From Candidatus Latescibacterota bacterium (lineage in GTDB: Bacteria; Latescibacterota; UBA2968; UBA8231), in the NCBI GenBank assembly GCA_965206595.1, contig OZ242214.1, forward strand, positions 6,336,001 through 6,400,000: a stretch of DNA of 64,000 bases, in the 5' to 3' direction. Shown here one piece after another: positions 19,337 through 28,188 of the stretch. Each line of letters begins with the position of its first letter. Within the stretch, counting starts at the first letter, position 1. The translations under genes were made by a program, and so were the position numbers. The notes under the pieces are model-generated. The model did not search any database and had not been told where the DNA came from. It saw only the letters and a program-made list of their open reading frames with translations.

Positions 19337-21223
19337 TCACTGTCCGATAACCGAAGCGCTGTCAAGGAAGTTTCTCGCAAGATTCTCTGCGTCGAAGTTC
19401 TTCAGTGGAAAAATGATCTTTTCACCGTCTTCCATCCGAAACAGGCCATAAATGTTATACCTCCAAATACAACCGATGCTTCCCCCACCGTTACCGCAAA
19501 ATTCGACAAGATAGGATTTGAGGCATTTCCCCGGCAGATTGGGGGCGAGCTCTTGACATAGATTTGTGGATACATCCGACAAGATTGTGTACTCATCGTA
19601 GGCGCCTTGGTATTCCTCAGAAACATCCCTGACAGTCAAATCCTCGATCCTTAATTGATCGGAGTCTCCGGCACAATCAATTACGTTTCCCCAGAGACTG
19701 ATTTTTTGGCCATAGAAATCAATTGGGTCAAATGGAGAAATTGGATCGCCGAAATACTTGCCCGTGTTGTGTGCGAAATCTTCGAATTCCGGAGAACCGT
19801 ATGTATCGGCTATTGAGAACCGCTTAGCAAATTCCTCGAAATTATCACTTGACAACCCTTCAACCACAAAACACTGAGGAGGTAAGAGCCTGCCGTCAAC
19901 TTCCCAACCCGCAGAGATGGGAGGGAGTTCTTCTTGCACCCAATCATTTACTGAAACAATCCTGAAAGTATCGCTGCCCTTATACCAAATCAGACCATTC
20001 GCGAGCATGAATCCGCGCAATCCGACAGGAGTACAAGGAGGCTCATCCTTTAAAACTTTAGCTCCCCAGGAATCGGGAAAAATCTCCCGAAAGTCTTTAT
20101 TCTCGGCATGTTTCCGCCTGGGTCCGTGCTCCAGTTCGCCATCCACCAAAGAGAAAAACGCAAGGAGATCCTTTTTTCGCACCGCATCTTGAATCGCCAA
20201 TCCAAATCCATATGCCTTTTCAGGATCATACCCCCAATAGTCCGCAGATTCTGCGAGGGTCATGTCAATACCTGGCAATGGACCTGTTCCGTGGTTATCT
20301 GCGCAAACGGATGATTGCCCGGGATTCGGCCGTAGATAAACATCAGGGTCTTCGACCGGGCCCATTATTTTGACGTTTACGGGCTCTTTGCCTCGATCCT
20401 TCCATGATATCCCGCGCACCTGGTGCGTGCCGAAGAGCTGTTCGAGCACCCCGTCATGGGCCTGCTTCCAGCGTTCCTTCGCCCCCGGAGGCGTCTCGTC
20501 CCACACCCGCACGTAGAAAATGCACGAGTAGGTCCGGACTTGGGATGCCTTTCCCATCTCGTACAGGGGCAGCATGACGTTGCGCATCTCTGTGTCCGTC
20601 AGCGGCGTCCCGTAGGGGATGGTGTCAAGCGCAAGGCTATCTGCTTTTTCAGCGTAAGGTGCTCCACTGTCGTCCTCGGGGCTTCCCTCGGGGATCGGAA
20701 GCCTCTGTACTTCCATGTGATCCTCGCGGATGGCGATGTCAAACAGATAGTATGGCTTTTCCCGCCAGGTGGCCTTCGTGATCGGGTTGGTCTCTTCGAT
20801 CCGTTGGTACCAGCACGGAGGTGTGATTCCCTTGCCGAAGATCCGGATCTCTTTTTCGAGGGAGCCAATTTTTTCGTTCAACGTTTCGATTTTGCGCTCG
20901 GCGTCCGCAAGTGCTTTCTCGCGTTCCGTGTCCTCCAATACTCGTATTCGTTCCTGCAGTCTGGCCTTCTCTTTTTCTAAGGCTTCGACCTCCTTTTTGA
21001 GTCTTTCAATATCGCGCCCGCGTTCGTCCGAATGTTTCAACGCCACCTCGACCTCCTCGGGAGTGGCCTTCGCCATGATCTCCTTCCAGGAGTCGAATTT
21101 CTTGCCCCAGTAGCGGTTTACCCCCATGAGGGCAAGCAGCATCAGAAAGACGAGCAGGATGAATATCTCAGCGATCGTCAGCCCCAGTACCGCACCCCGC
21201 CTGTATCCCTCCTCCGTTTCCAT
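19337..21223 (-). CDS. MotB/ZorB-like single-pass membrane protein with coiled coil, no recognisable OmpA domain, extra C-terminal region
   Basis: N-terminal GLTIAEIFILLVFLMLLALM helix with an acidic residue, then a heptad coiled coil and Cys-containing domain; directly downstream of MotA-like gene. Confidence 0.6.
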   Translation of the reverse strand: METEEGYRRGAVLGLTIAEIFILLVFLMLLALMGVNRYWGKKFDSWKEIMAKATPEEVEVALKHSDERGRDIERLKKEVEALEKEKARLQERIRVLEDTEREKALADAERKIETLNEKIGSLEKEIRIFGKGITPPCWYQRIEETNPITKATWREKPYYLFDIAIREDHMEVQRLPIPEGSPEDDSGAPYAEKADSLALDTIPYGTPLTDTEMRNVMLPLYEMGKASQVRTYSCIFYVRVWDETPPGAKERWKQAHDGVLEQLFGTHQVRGISWKDRGKEPVNVKIMGPVEDPDVYLRPNPGQSSVCADNHGTGPLPGIDMTLAESADYWGYDPEKAYGFGLAIQDAVRKKDLLAFFSLVDGELEHGPRRKHAENKDFREIFPDSWGAKVLKDEPPCTPVGLRGFMLANGLIWYKGSDTFRIVSVNDWVQEELPPISAGWEVDGRLLPPQCFVVEGLSSDNFEEFAKRFSIADTYGSPEFEDFAHNTGKYFGDPISPFDPIDFYGQKISLWGNVIDCAGDSDQLRIEDLTVRDVSEEYQGAYDEYTILSDVSTNLCQELAPNLPGKCLKSYLVEFCGNGGGSIGCIWRYNIYGLFRMEDGEKIIFPLKNFDAENLARNFLDSASVIGQ

Positions 21224-21240
21224 GGACGTGTCCCGACTGC

Positions 21241-22842
21241 CTACCGCTGCAAGACGCGGTCGATCCAGCTTTTGGTGCTTTCGTCGCCTTTGGCCTCGTC
21301 AAAGGCGACGATGGCCTGCTTCAGCACTTCGGCGAGCCTAGTCCCTTCGTCTTGAAGCGCAGTCTGCACCCCCTTTAGTCCCTTATTGATCCGTTGAATC
21401 TCCCGTTCGGTGTCCTTCAGATTCTCTGTGTATCTGCCTGCTGTGGTCACAACTTCCGCGATTTCGGCGATGGCCTCCGTGAGTTTTGCCTGACCTTCAA
21501 ACTCCCTGCCCCCAGCTTCGGCAAGTTCCTGGAGCTTCTTGACGGTAACGTCGAGTGCCTCCTCATGTTGCTTGCCTGCGCCGGCGATTCCGGCGAGCTG
21601 ATCCGTCACCGCCTTGGCGTTGGCCTCTAAATTCGAGATCGCGTTGCTCGCGCTGGCGACATCGGCCAAGTGCTCAATCGCCATGCTGGCCTTGCGGACC
21701 CCGTCTGGCAGAATGGTGAGTTCCGTATTAGTGCGCTGCGCCTCCTGGCCAAGTTTCGCGAGTTCCTGGTTGGTCCGTTCCATTTCCTCCAGAGCCGCCC
21801 CTGCCCGACGCTGAATTTCCATCCACTCCTCCGCCTGCCGGTTGAGCATCTCGCCTATCTCGCTGGCGAACTGTTCTCGGGCGGCCTGGTTGGTCCTCTC
21901 AGTGGCGGTCGCCTCAGCCAGAGAGTTCAGGCCTTCGGTGACTGTCTTGCTGCTTTCCGCAAACGCCTCGGAACTCGCCTTGGCCTGGATGCCGATGGCC
22001 GCAAGATTTTCGGCCGTCTCTCCACTCCCCGCCCGGATGCGCTCGATGCTTTCGTCCATGTTCTTCACTTGCGCTTCGAGTCTCTCCAGCGCGCCCTGGA
22101 TTCCCGCCCCCTGTTCCTCCGTCCGCTGCCTCGCCTCCTCGGCCTTTTCGGCGACGGACTCGTAGATCGCTTTCAGGCTTTCGAGCTCCGCCTTCGCCTT
22201 CTCTTCCAGCCCGTCATGGAACGCCTGCATCATCTCCTCCATGTGGGCGTGGGTGGTCTTTGCCTGCAGGATGGTCTGGTTGGCGTGGGAATTGAACGCA
22301 TTGGTTGAGCTCTGGAGTTGCCTGCGCAGCTCATACGCATAGCGCTCCAGATCGATGGTGGCGCCTTCGATCTCTACGCCAGCGGCGCCGGAACCGCTGG
22401 CTGAATGGGGGATCCGGATGATTGTCTCCTGTCCCTCCGTCCCCTGGCGTTGCAGGGTCATGCGCATGACGATCCCTGCCATGGTTGTGAGAAGGGCGAT
22501 CCCGAAGCTGCCGATCATCTCGTCGGTGCGTTCCTCGAGCGACTGCTCACCCCCGAACAGGAGAAACAGGCTAACGAGCGCTGTGCAAAGTGAAGTGAGG
22601 GTATACAGCAACCCGAGGTAATAGACCTCGTCTCCCAGGCGCGGATGCTCGTCCTCGGCCCGGACCCGTTTTTGGTCGTGTCTGTACAGCCCCATGATGC
22701 CGATCCCGAGCGCGGAGGCAACGATCCCTCCGAGGATCGGCTGGCTTTGCGCGATCAGTTTCGCCATGAAGATCAAGACAGATCCGATCCCGAATGCCCA
22801 CTCGAAAGCATGCTCTGTTTTCAACACGCGCGCCTTCTCCAT
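21241..22842 (-). CDS. MotA/TolQ/ExbB/ZorA-like membrane protein with long helical C-terminal tail
   Basis: Four hydrophobic helices incl. YYLGLLYTLTSL and SFGIALLTTMAGI (ExbB/MotA LGLxGT...ALxTT pattern); roughly 370 aa of A/E/Q-rich helical tail; TGATG coupling to upstream gene. Confidence 0.7.
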   Translation of the reverse strand: MEKARVLKTEHAFEWAFGIGSVLIFMAKLIAQSQPILGGIVASALGIGIMGLYRHDQKRVRAEDEHPRLGDEVYYLGLLYTLTSLCTALVSLFLLFGGEQSLEERTDEMIGSFGIALLTTMAGIVMRMTLQRQGTEGQETIIRIPHSASGSGAAGVEIEGATIDLERYAYELRRQLQSSTNAFNSHANQTILQAKTTHAHMEEMMQAFHDGLEEKAKAELESLKAIYESVAEKAEEARQRTEEQGAGIQGALERLEAQVKNMDESIERIRAGSGETAENLAAIGIQAKASSEAFAESSKTVTEGLNSLAEATATERTNQAAREQFASEIGEMLNRQAEEWMEIQRRAGAALEEMERTNQELAKLGQEAQRTNTELTILPDGVRKASMAIEHLADVASASNAISNLEANAKAVTDQLAGIAGAGKQHEEALDVTVKKLQELAEAGGREFEGQAKLTEAIAEIAEVVTTAGRYTENLKDTEREIQRINKGLKGVQTALQDEGTRLAEVLKQAIVAFDEAKGDESTKSWIDRVLQR

Positions 22843-23549
22843 CACAGCGCCTGCTGCCATAGCACCTTTCCTCCCATCTCCTCTACCCAGTCCGTCCACC
22901 AGTAGTAGTGCTCCGACGTCTGATAACTCTCATACTTGTGCCTTTCTAGTCGAAACAAGCTCACCTCCACTCGTGAAAGATCGGTCCTGAGTTCGCGAGG
23001 AATCTCTTCCGGGTTTGGGTACGGCATGTAATGTGACAGCATCCCCGTGTTTTGCAGCAAATCCGAGATGATAATCAGGTGCGTGGGTTTCACCGCCTTT
23101 TCCGCTCGCCTGCTGCTCGCGTGGCGGGCCGAAATAACCGCAATGGTTTCCAAGATCGGGGATGACGGTTGCGCCTCGCGTTCTTCCGCGGGGAACATTG
23201 CTTCGATCACTTTGACGAACTTTTCCCAGCGCCACTCGGTGATCACTGTGCCTGTCGTCAACTCTTCAAATCGCCGCCTTTCCTCGGGATTGCCCCCAGG
23301 GTGGCAGATTTGCGCGATCGGTGTTTCGGGGGCTCCGGTGCTTTCCAGACGGTAGAGTGTCACCCGTTCCCCCTTCCTCACCGCAAGGGCGTCATGACGC
23401 CCGCTTGCCGACGGACTCGTCATCTCCCGCACAATGCGCCTGAGTTCCTCCTTGTGCTTGTCGCCCAGCGGATCCGACGTATCGAGCAGTACGACCACCT
23501 CCCGGGATCGCCTCTTCGGCTTGGTGAAAGCCCTCCCAGTCCTCGTCAT
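22842..23549 (-). CDS. vWA-like domain protein, N-terminus probably lost
   Basis: VVVLLDTSD (MIDAS-like), SPILETI, LIIISDLLQN; 5' end overlaps upstream gene in another frame. Confidence 0.6.
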   Translation of the reverse strand: MTRTGRAFTKPKRRSREVVVLLDTSDPLGDKHKEELRRIVREMTSPSASGRHDALAVRKGERVTLYRLESTGAPETPIAQICHPGGNPEERRRFEELTTGTVITEWRWEKFVKVIEAMFPAEEREAQPSSPILETIAVISARHASSRRAEKAVKPTHLIIISDLLQNTGMLSHYMPYPNPEEIPRELRTDLSRVEVSLFRLERHKYESYQTSEHYYWWTDWVEEMGGKVLWQQAL

Positions 23550-24924
23550 AGTCCGAGGGTGGAATCTCCTCCCACTCCGGCGCTTCCAGCATCTCCTGAT
23601 CGATAAGGAGTCTCTCGGCGAAAAACTCCGGGTTCGGTGTTGTACGGGCCATCTCGTTTGCCGAGCGATATGCCGCGATTATGAAGTCCAGGTGGTTCTG
23701 GTACTGGCGAAGCTGCATGGGGAATTGCCGTACGATCCCTCTTGCGGAGTCAGTGATCAGCCGGTGGTTCCCCTTCTTGTTTTCCACTTGCTGCCGTTGG
23801 TCCCGGATTCTTTCAGTGTACTCCTCGTAGATCCTTTTCAGATTCGCTCGCCTTTGCACGTTCTCATCCTGGTACTCCTCAAAATGCTCCGCTTCAGTCC
23901 GATGCACCTTTCCGTAACCTGGATACACGTCGTCGCGGTTCAGCCACTTGGTTGCGGCGAAGATGCAGCAGCCTGCTCCGATTAGGGCAAGCAGCCATGA
24001 GAGCATTCCTTCGAGTCCGAAAAGATTATTCGAGAACCTCTCTGGGGTGTCGTCTGCCAGCAATTCTCCCAAGGAACTTGCTCCCGACGCAGCTTTGGTC
24101 GCCACGGCGAGCATGCTGTCACGGAAATGCCCGACGAGCAGGTTCCAGAGAAACATGCCCGTTGTCCCCAGCGCCACCAGAGTCCAGCCTAGCGATTTTG
24201 GCAGTAACTCCACCGAGTTCTTCTGGCGCCATCCTTCTCCGATTAGCCCTCCCAGGATGCCCGCATTCACCACGCCGACCGCCAGCATGATGACTATTGC
24301 GCCAAGAAGGCCGTATTCGTGCACGCCGGCGAGCATCATGGCGTTTACAAGCGCTTCGATAACCACAATTCCGCCCAGCCACCAGTACCAAGTCTCCCTT
24401 TCGTTATACTCCGGCACACGTTCGAGGTTGGCCTTTGTCTTGAACGCGGCCAATGCCGCCCGTGCGTCCCGGGCTTCGCGCTGCTTTTTTACGAGAATGG
24501 ATCGATCTTTCTCGGCCTGATCGGTCAGTTCGACGATACCCTGGTTTTTCAGGCCTTCCACAGTGTGCTGAATTGGAGCCATACCTTCCCTGGTTTCCAG
24601 TTCCAGGGCGTGCTGTTGCTGCACGAGGTACCTGCTCACGGCCGCATGGCACGCTTTCCCACGCTGGTTAACCCAGGCGAGAATCTTGTTGTACATATCG
24701 TCCGGCTGGATCGCTTCCGACGGCGGAAATTCCTGTTCGCCCTTCTCGCGTCCTGCCTCCCGGATCTTGTTTTCTCTGATCCACCGCTCGCAATCGAGTT
24801 CGGCGTACTCCTGCTTCGCTCCATCCCAACCCGGTAATGTGGTCCATTCTCCAGTATTCACACTTGTAATCCTCATCTTTCGGTTTAGTTGTAGGCCAAG
24901 GGTGTGTGCGAGTTCCCTCCACAA
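23392..24924 (-). CDS. Multi-pass membrane protein flanked by coiled coils; C-terminus probably altered by deletion
   Basis: Four hydrophobic segments (WLGGIVVIEALVN, LLGAIVIMLAVGVVN, TLVALG...WNLLVGHFRD, WLLALIGAG...) between long helical regions; start uncertain (TTG 24924 or ATG 24876). Confidence 0.7.
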   Translation of the reverse strand: MWRELAHTLGLQLNRKMRITSVNTGEWTTLPGWDGAKQEYAELDCERWIRENKIREAGREKGEQEFPPSEAIQPDDMYNKILAWVNQRGKACHAAVSRYLVQQQHALELETREGMAPIQHTVEGLKNQGIVELTDQAEKDRSILVKKQREARDARAALAAFKTKANLERVPEYNERETWYWWLGGIVVIEALVNAMMLAGVHEYGLLGAIVIMLAVGVVNAGILGGLIGEGWRQKNSVELLPKSLGWTLVALGTTGMFLWNLLVGHFRDSMLAVATKAASGASSLGELLADDTPERFSNNLFGLEGMLSWLLALIGAGCCIFAATKWLNRDDVYPGYGKVHRTEAEHFEEYQDENVQRRANLKRIYEEYTERIRDQRQQVENKKGNHRLITDSARGIVRQFPMQLRQYQNHLDFIIAAYRSANEMARTTPNPEFFAERLLIDQEMLEAPEWEEIPPSDYDEDWEGFHQAEEAIPGGGRTARYVGSAGRQAQGGTQAHCAGDDESVGKRAS

Positions 24925-25113
24925 CCCGGGGGCGTTTCAAGTCCTCTGTCTTCTAAATGCGCACCCTGCAGAGCCTCCAGGCTAATGGCCTCAACAGTTG
25001 CCTCGCTCGCTCAATACCGGCGCAAGAGCCTTTGTAACTTGCTTCGCGCCGTTTCGGTTTTCCCGGTGACGGCCCGCTCCACGGAACGGTACGAACCTAT
25101 CAGTCGCAGATAC

Positions 25114-26376
25114 CTACTCCGGTTCCCAGATCGGCTCGTCCCGCTCCCGGAGCTGCCTCCAGGCGCGGTCGAAGGCCTCGCTGCCGTCGTCCTCCCACTC
25201 GTCGAGGCGCACCCCCGGGGCGAAGGCCTCGTCGTCGCCGAACTTCATCAGCCCCTCGGCCTGGCGCAGGTCGCGGTAGTAATGCTTGAGGCCGCCGGGG
25301 AAGGAGACTACCGAGACCCAGCGCGGCCACTCCGGGACCGGGGTGTGGCGGTAGCGCGCCACCGCGTCCTCGTCGAGCTCGACCCCGAGACCGGGCCCCT
25401 CCGGCACCTTCATGAAGCCGCGCTGCACGGTGTGCGCCTCGGTGATCAGGTCGTCCTCGTAGGAGTGGCTGGCGGTGACGCCGGGCAGCATCGCCGTGTG
25501 CATGACGGCGCCGAGCTGGCAGGCGAAGGCCGCGGTGATGCCGGTGCCGACGTACTGCAACAGGATCGGGGTGTTGGCCGAGGCGAAGGTCCAGGAAGCG
25601 GCCATGGCGTTGCGGATGTTCTCGTGGCTGCAGAGGGCGCCGTCGAAGTCGCCGGCGCGCAGGCCGATCCAGGGCCCCGACGGCTGCCGCGAGGGCCCGT
25701 CGAGAACAGTGCCGACCCCGTGCAGGTAGAAGGGGATGCGGATCTGCCGGTGGAGCCGCCGCCAGCCTTCGATGTCGTGGGCGAAGATCGGCTCCTCCAC
25801 CCCCTTGACCACCGGGATGTTCTCCAGCTCCCGCAGGATCGGCAGGGCCTTCTCGACGTTGATCAGGGCGCCGTTGAAGTCGAACTCGACGCGGAAATCC
25901 GGGGGCGCGGCCTCCTGCATCGCCTGCGCCTGCTCGACGACGTCGTAGAAGGCGCGCGCCTTGCACTTGAGGCCCCGGTAGCCGCGCGCCGCGGCCTCCT
26001 CCACTTCGGCGGCCGAATCCTCGGGGGACATGCAGGGCATCCACCAGCCCATGGTCACCCACCGGCGCCGCTGCTGCCCGAGCAGCTTCCAGGCCGGGAT
26101 GCCGAGGTGCTTGCCCATGAGGTCGTAGCAGGCCATGTCGAGATTGAAGGGGCCGGTGCCCATCACGTGGTCGAAGGGGTCGCTGCCGAGGTAGGGGTCG
26201 AGCGCCTCCTGCGCGAACGGCGGGCCGGGGTTCTCTCCGAGGCCGGTGAGACCGGCGTCGGTGTGGAACTTGTAGACCGTCACCTCCTCCTTCATGGAGA
26301 AGTGGTGGTAGCACTTGCGGATGCGGGCCTCGTACGGCAGGCGCAGGGGGATCGCTTCGATATCGGTGATTTTCAT
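25114..26376 (-). CDS. Mandelate racemase/muconate lactonizing enzyme family (enolase superfamily)
   Basis: MKITDIE, GLGE, DMACYDLMGKHLGIPAWKLLG, KCK, DFN, EEP, PEGPGLGVELD. Confidence 0.9.
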   Translation of the reverse strand: MKITDIEAIPLRLPYEARIRKCYHHFSMKEEVTVYKFHTDAGLTGLGENPGPPFAQEALDPYLGSDPFDHVMGTGPFNLDMACYDLMGKHLGIPAWKLLGQQRRRWVTMGWWMPCMSPEDSAAEVEEAAARGYRGLKCKARAFYDVVEQAQAMQEAAPPDFRVEFDFNGALINVEKALPILRELENIPVVKGVEEPIFAHDIEGWRRLHRQIRIPFYLHGVGTVLDGPSRQPSGPWIGLRAGDFDGALCSHENIRNAMAASWTFASANTPILLQYVGTGITAAFACQLGAVMHTAMLPGVTASHSYEDDLITEAHTVQRGFMKVPEGPGLGVELDEDAVARYRHTPVPEWPRWVSVVSFPGGLKHYYRDLRQAEGLMKFGDDEAFAPGVRLDEWEDDGSEAFDRAWRQLRERDEPIWEPE

Positions 26377-26393
26377 CTCGATGGCTCCATGGG

Positions 26394-27191
26394 TTATTCG
26401 AAGATGGGGGTGGACGCCGGCGGTCCGAACCCCATCTCCACCAGGGGTGCGGCGAGCTTGCGCAGCCGCGGGCGGTCGCTCTCGATAAGCTCGGGTACCG
26501 GGTGCAGGGAGTAGAGCCAACTCTCGTAGTTGCTCCTGAGGTAGGCGCGCTCCTCCCCGGTCTCCGGGTTCTTCATGAAGTTGATGGCGTGCTGGCTGCG
26601 CCCGGGGGCGCCGCCGAAGGCGCCGTGCCAGGTGCTCTCCGGGAAGATGACGAGGTCGCCCGGCTCGGTTTCGGCGACGTGGCAGGGCAGGTCGGGCCCC
26701 GAGACCCCGAGCGGCTGCTTCGAAGGGTCCTCCCCCTGCTCGTTGAGGACCTGGAGATGACGCCTGTACTCCGGGTTGTTCGAGCCCGGGATCAGGCGGA
26801 CCGCGCCGGTGTCCCGGGTGGTCGGCTCGAGGTAGAATGCGATCTTGATCGAGGCCAGCGGGTCCGGCTCCGGCGTCCCGCCGTGCCACCTGGTGTCGCC
26901 GACGTGCAGGTTGCCCTCGGTTGCGTTCAAATGGAACTCCGGCCCAAGCAGGTCCTCCCCGATCCCCCAGATGCGGTCGTCCTCGATGAAGTCGCGCAGG
27001 CGGGGGCTGTACTCGAAGAAGGGGATCATCGCCTGCCGGCTCTTGCCGTTGAACGGCCGCCCTTCGCGGTTGGCCGCCAGCATGTGTTCCGACTCGCGGC
27101 GCAGCTCGTCGATCTCCCGGGTTTGGAACACCCGGCGCAGGACGAGGAAACCGAAGGTCTCGAAATACCGTTTCTGCTCTGGTGCCAGCAT
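26394..27191 (-). CDS. Phytanoyl-CoA dioxygenase family (2OG-Fe(II)) protein
   Basis: FETFGFLVLR, WH, GAVRLIPGS, EPGDLVIF...WHG. Confidence 0.85.
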   Translation of the reverse strand: MLAPEQKRYFETFGFLVLRRVFQTREIDELRRESEHMLAANREGRPFNGKSRQAMIPFFEYSPRLRDFIEDDRIWGIGEDLLGPEFHLNATEGNLHVGDTRWHGGTPEPDPLASIKIAFYLEPTTRDTGAVRLIPGSNNPEYRRHLQVLNEQGEDPSKQPLGVSGPDLPCHVAETEPGDLVIFPESTWHGAFGGAPGRSQHAINFMKNPETGEERAYLRSNYESWLYSLHPVPELIESDRPRLRKLAAPLVEMGFGPPASTPIFE

Positions 27192-27289
27192 GGTTCCTCC
27201 TTGCCAAGAGGGCGGAAATATGGTGCATATTGTGGGGAGTCCAAAAGGAGGCGCGGCTTCTGGAAAGCCGCCAATTCAGGAGGCGGATC

Positions 27290-28087
27290 ATGGACAACAG
27301 ACTCGACCTGCAGGGGCGTGTCGCCGTAATCACCGGGGCAGCGCGCGGCATCGGCAAGAAGATCGCCGAGGATTTCGTCGCCCACGGGGCCACCGTCGTC
27401 ATCGGCGACATCCTCGACGATCTCGGGGAGGAGACGGCCGCCGGGCTCGGGGAAGCGGCGTCGTACGTGCACTGCGACATCAGCCGCCTCGACGAAGTGC
27501 GGGCGTTGATCGATCACGCGGCGGCGTGGGCGGGCAGGATCGACATCCTCGTCAACAACGCCGCCTACAACCCGTCGAAGCCCGGGGAGCGCCGCACCGT
27601 TGAGGAATACGACGACGATCTCTTCGTCAGGATGATGGACGTCGACATCAACGGCACCTACTACTGCTCCAAGTACGCCGCCTTGCGGATGATCGAGCAG
27701 AAGTCAGGGTCGATCATCAACATCGCCTCGGTCGCCGGCATGGTGCCGATCCGCAACCAGATCGGCCACGTCGTCGGCAAGGCCGCGGTGATCAGCCTCG
27801 CCGAGGCCATGGCCCTCGAGCTGGGGCATCACGGCATCCGCGTCAACGCCATAGCCCCCGGATCGACGGTTACCGACGCCACCCGCAACCTCTTCTACCG
27901 CGCCGACGGCAGCTACAACGAGAAGGGCAGGCAGCTGCTTTCCTTCGTGCCGAGCGGCCGTCCCGGCCAGGTGGAGGACATCGCCAACGCGGCGCTGTTC
28001 CTCGCCTCGGACATGGCCTCCTACGTCAACGGCCACACCGTCGTCGTCGACGGCGGCTGGACATGCGGCTTCACGCGGGATTTCTGA
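27290..28087 (+). CDS. SDR family NAD(P)-dependent oxidoreductase
   Basis: TGAARGIG, LVNNA, NIAS, IRVNAIAPG, VDGG; AGGAGG RBS; catalytic YxxxK appears as HVVGK. Confidence 0.92.
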   Translation: MDNRLDLQGRVAVITGAARGIGKKIAEDFVAHGATVVIGDILDDLGEETAAGLGEAASYVHCDISRLDEVRALIDHAAAWAGRIDILVNNAAYNPSKPGERRTVEEYDDDLFVRMMDVDINGTYYCSKYAALRMIEQKSGSIINIASVAGMVPIRNQIGHVVGKAAVISLAEAMALELGHHGIRVNAIAPGSTVTDATRNLFYRADGSYNEKGRQLLSFVPSGRPGQVEDIANAALFLASDMASYVNGHTVVVDGGWTCGFTRDF

Positions 28088-28188
28088 GGGCGCTGGAAAC
28101 CGGCCGGGAGGCAGCTCCTCCGCCCCGGCGCCGCGCAGCATGGGGGCCGCCGAGCGGAGGCCCGGGTCCCCTGCGGTGCGTTCCCGGG

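Larger units (their letters stand above)
17230..24960. other. Lower-GC accessory (probable defence) island
   Basis: Visibly more A/T-rich sequence and weaker GC3 bias than the flanks; six genes in two convergent operons; boundaries approximate; no integrase seen. Confidence 0.7.

Noticed and set aside
21241-22842. Methyl-accepting chemotaxis protein or flagellar stator
   Set aside because: No MCP signalling hairpin motif and no chemotaxis or flagellar genes; the TM pattern fits MotA/ExbB with a ZorA-like tail better
17230-24960. Island as prophage or ICE
   Set aside because: No integrase, att repeats, tRNA target, phage or conjugation genes seen
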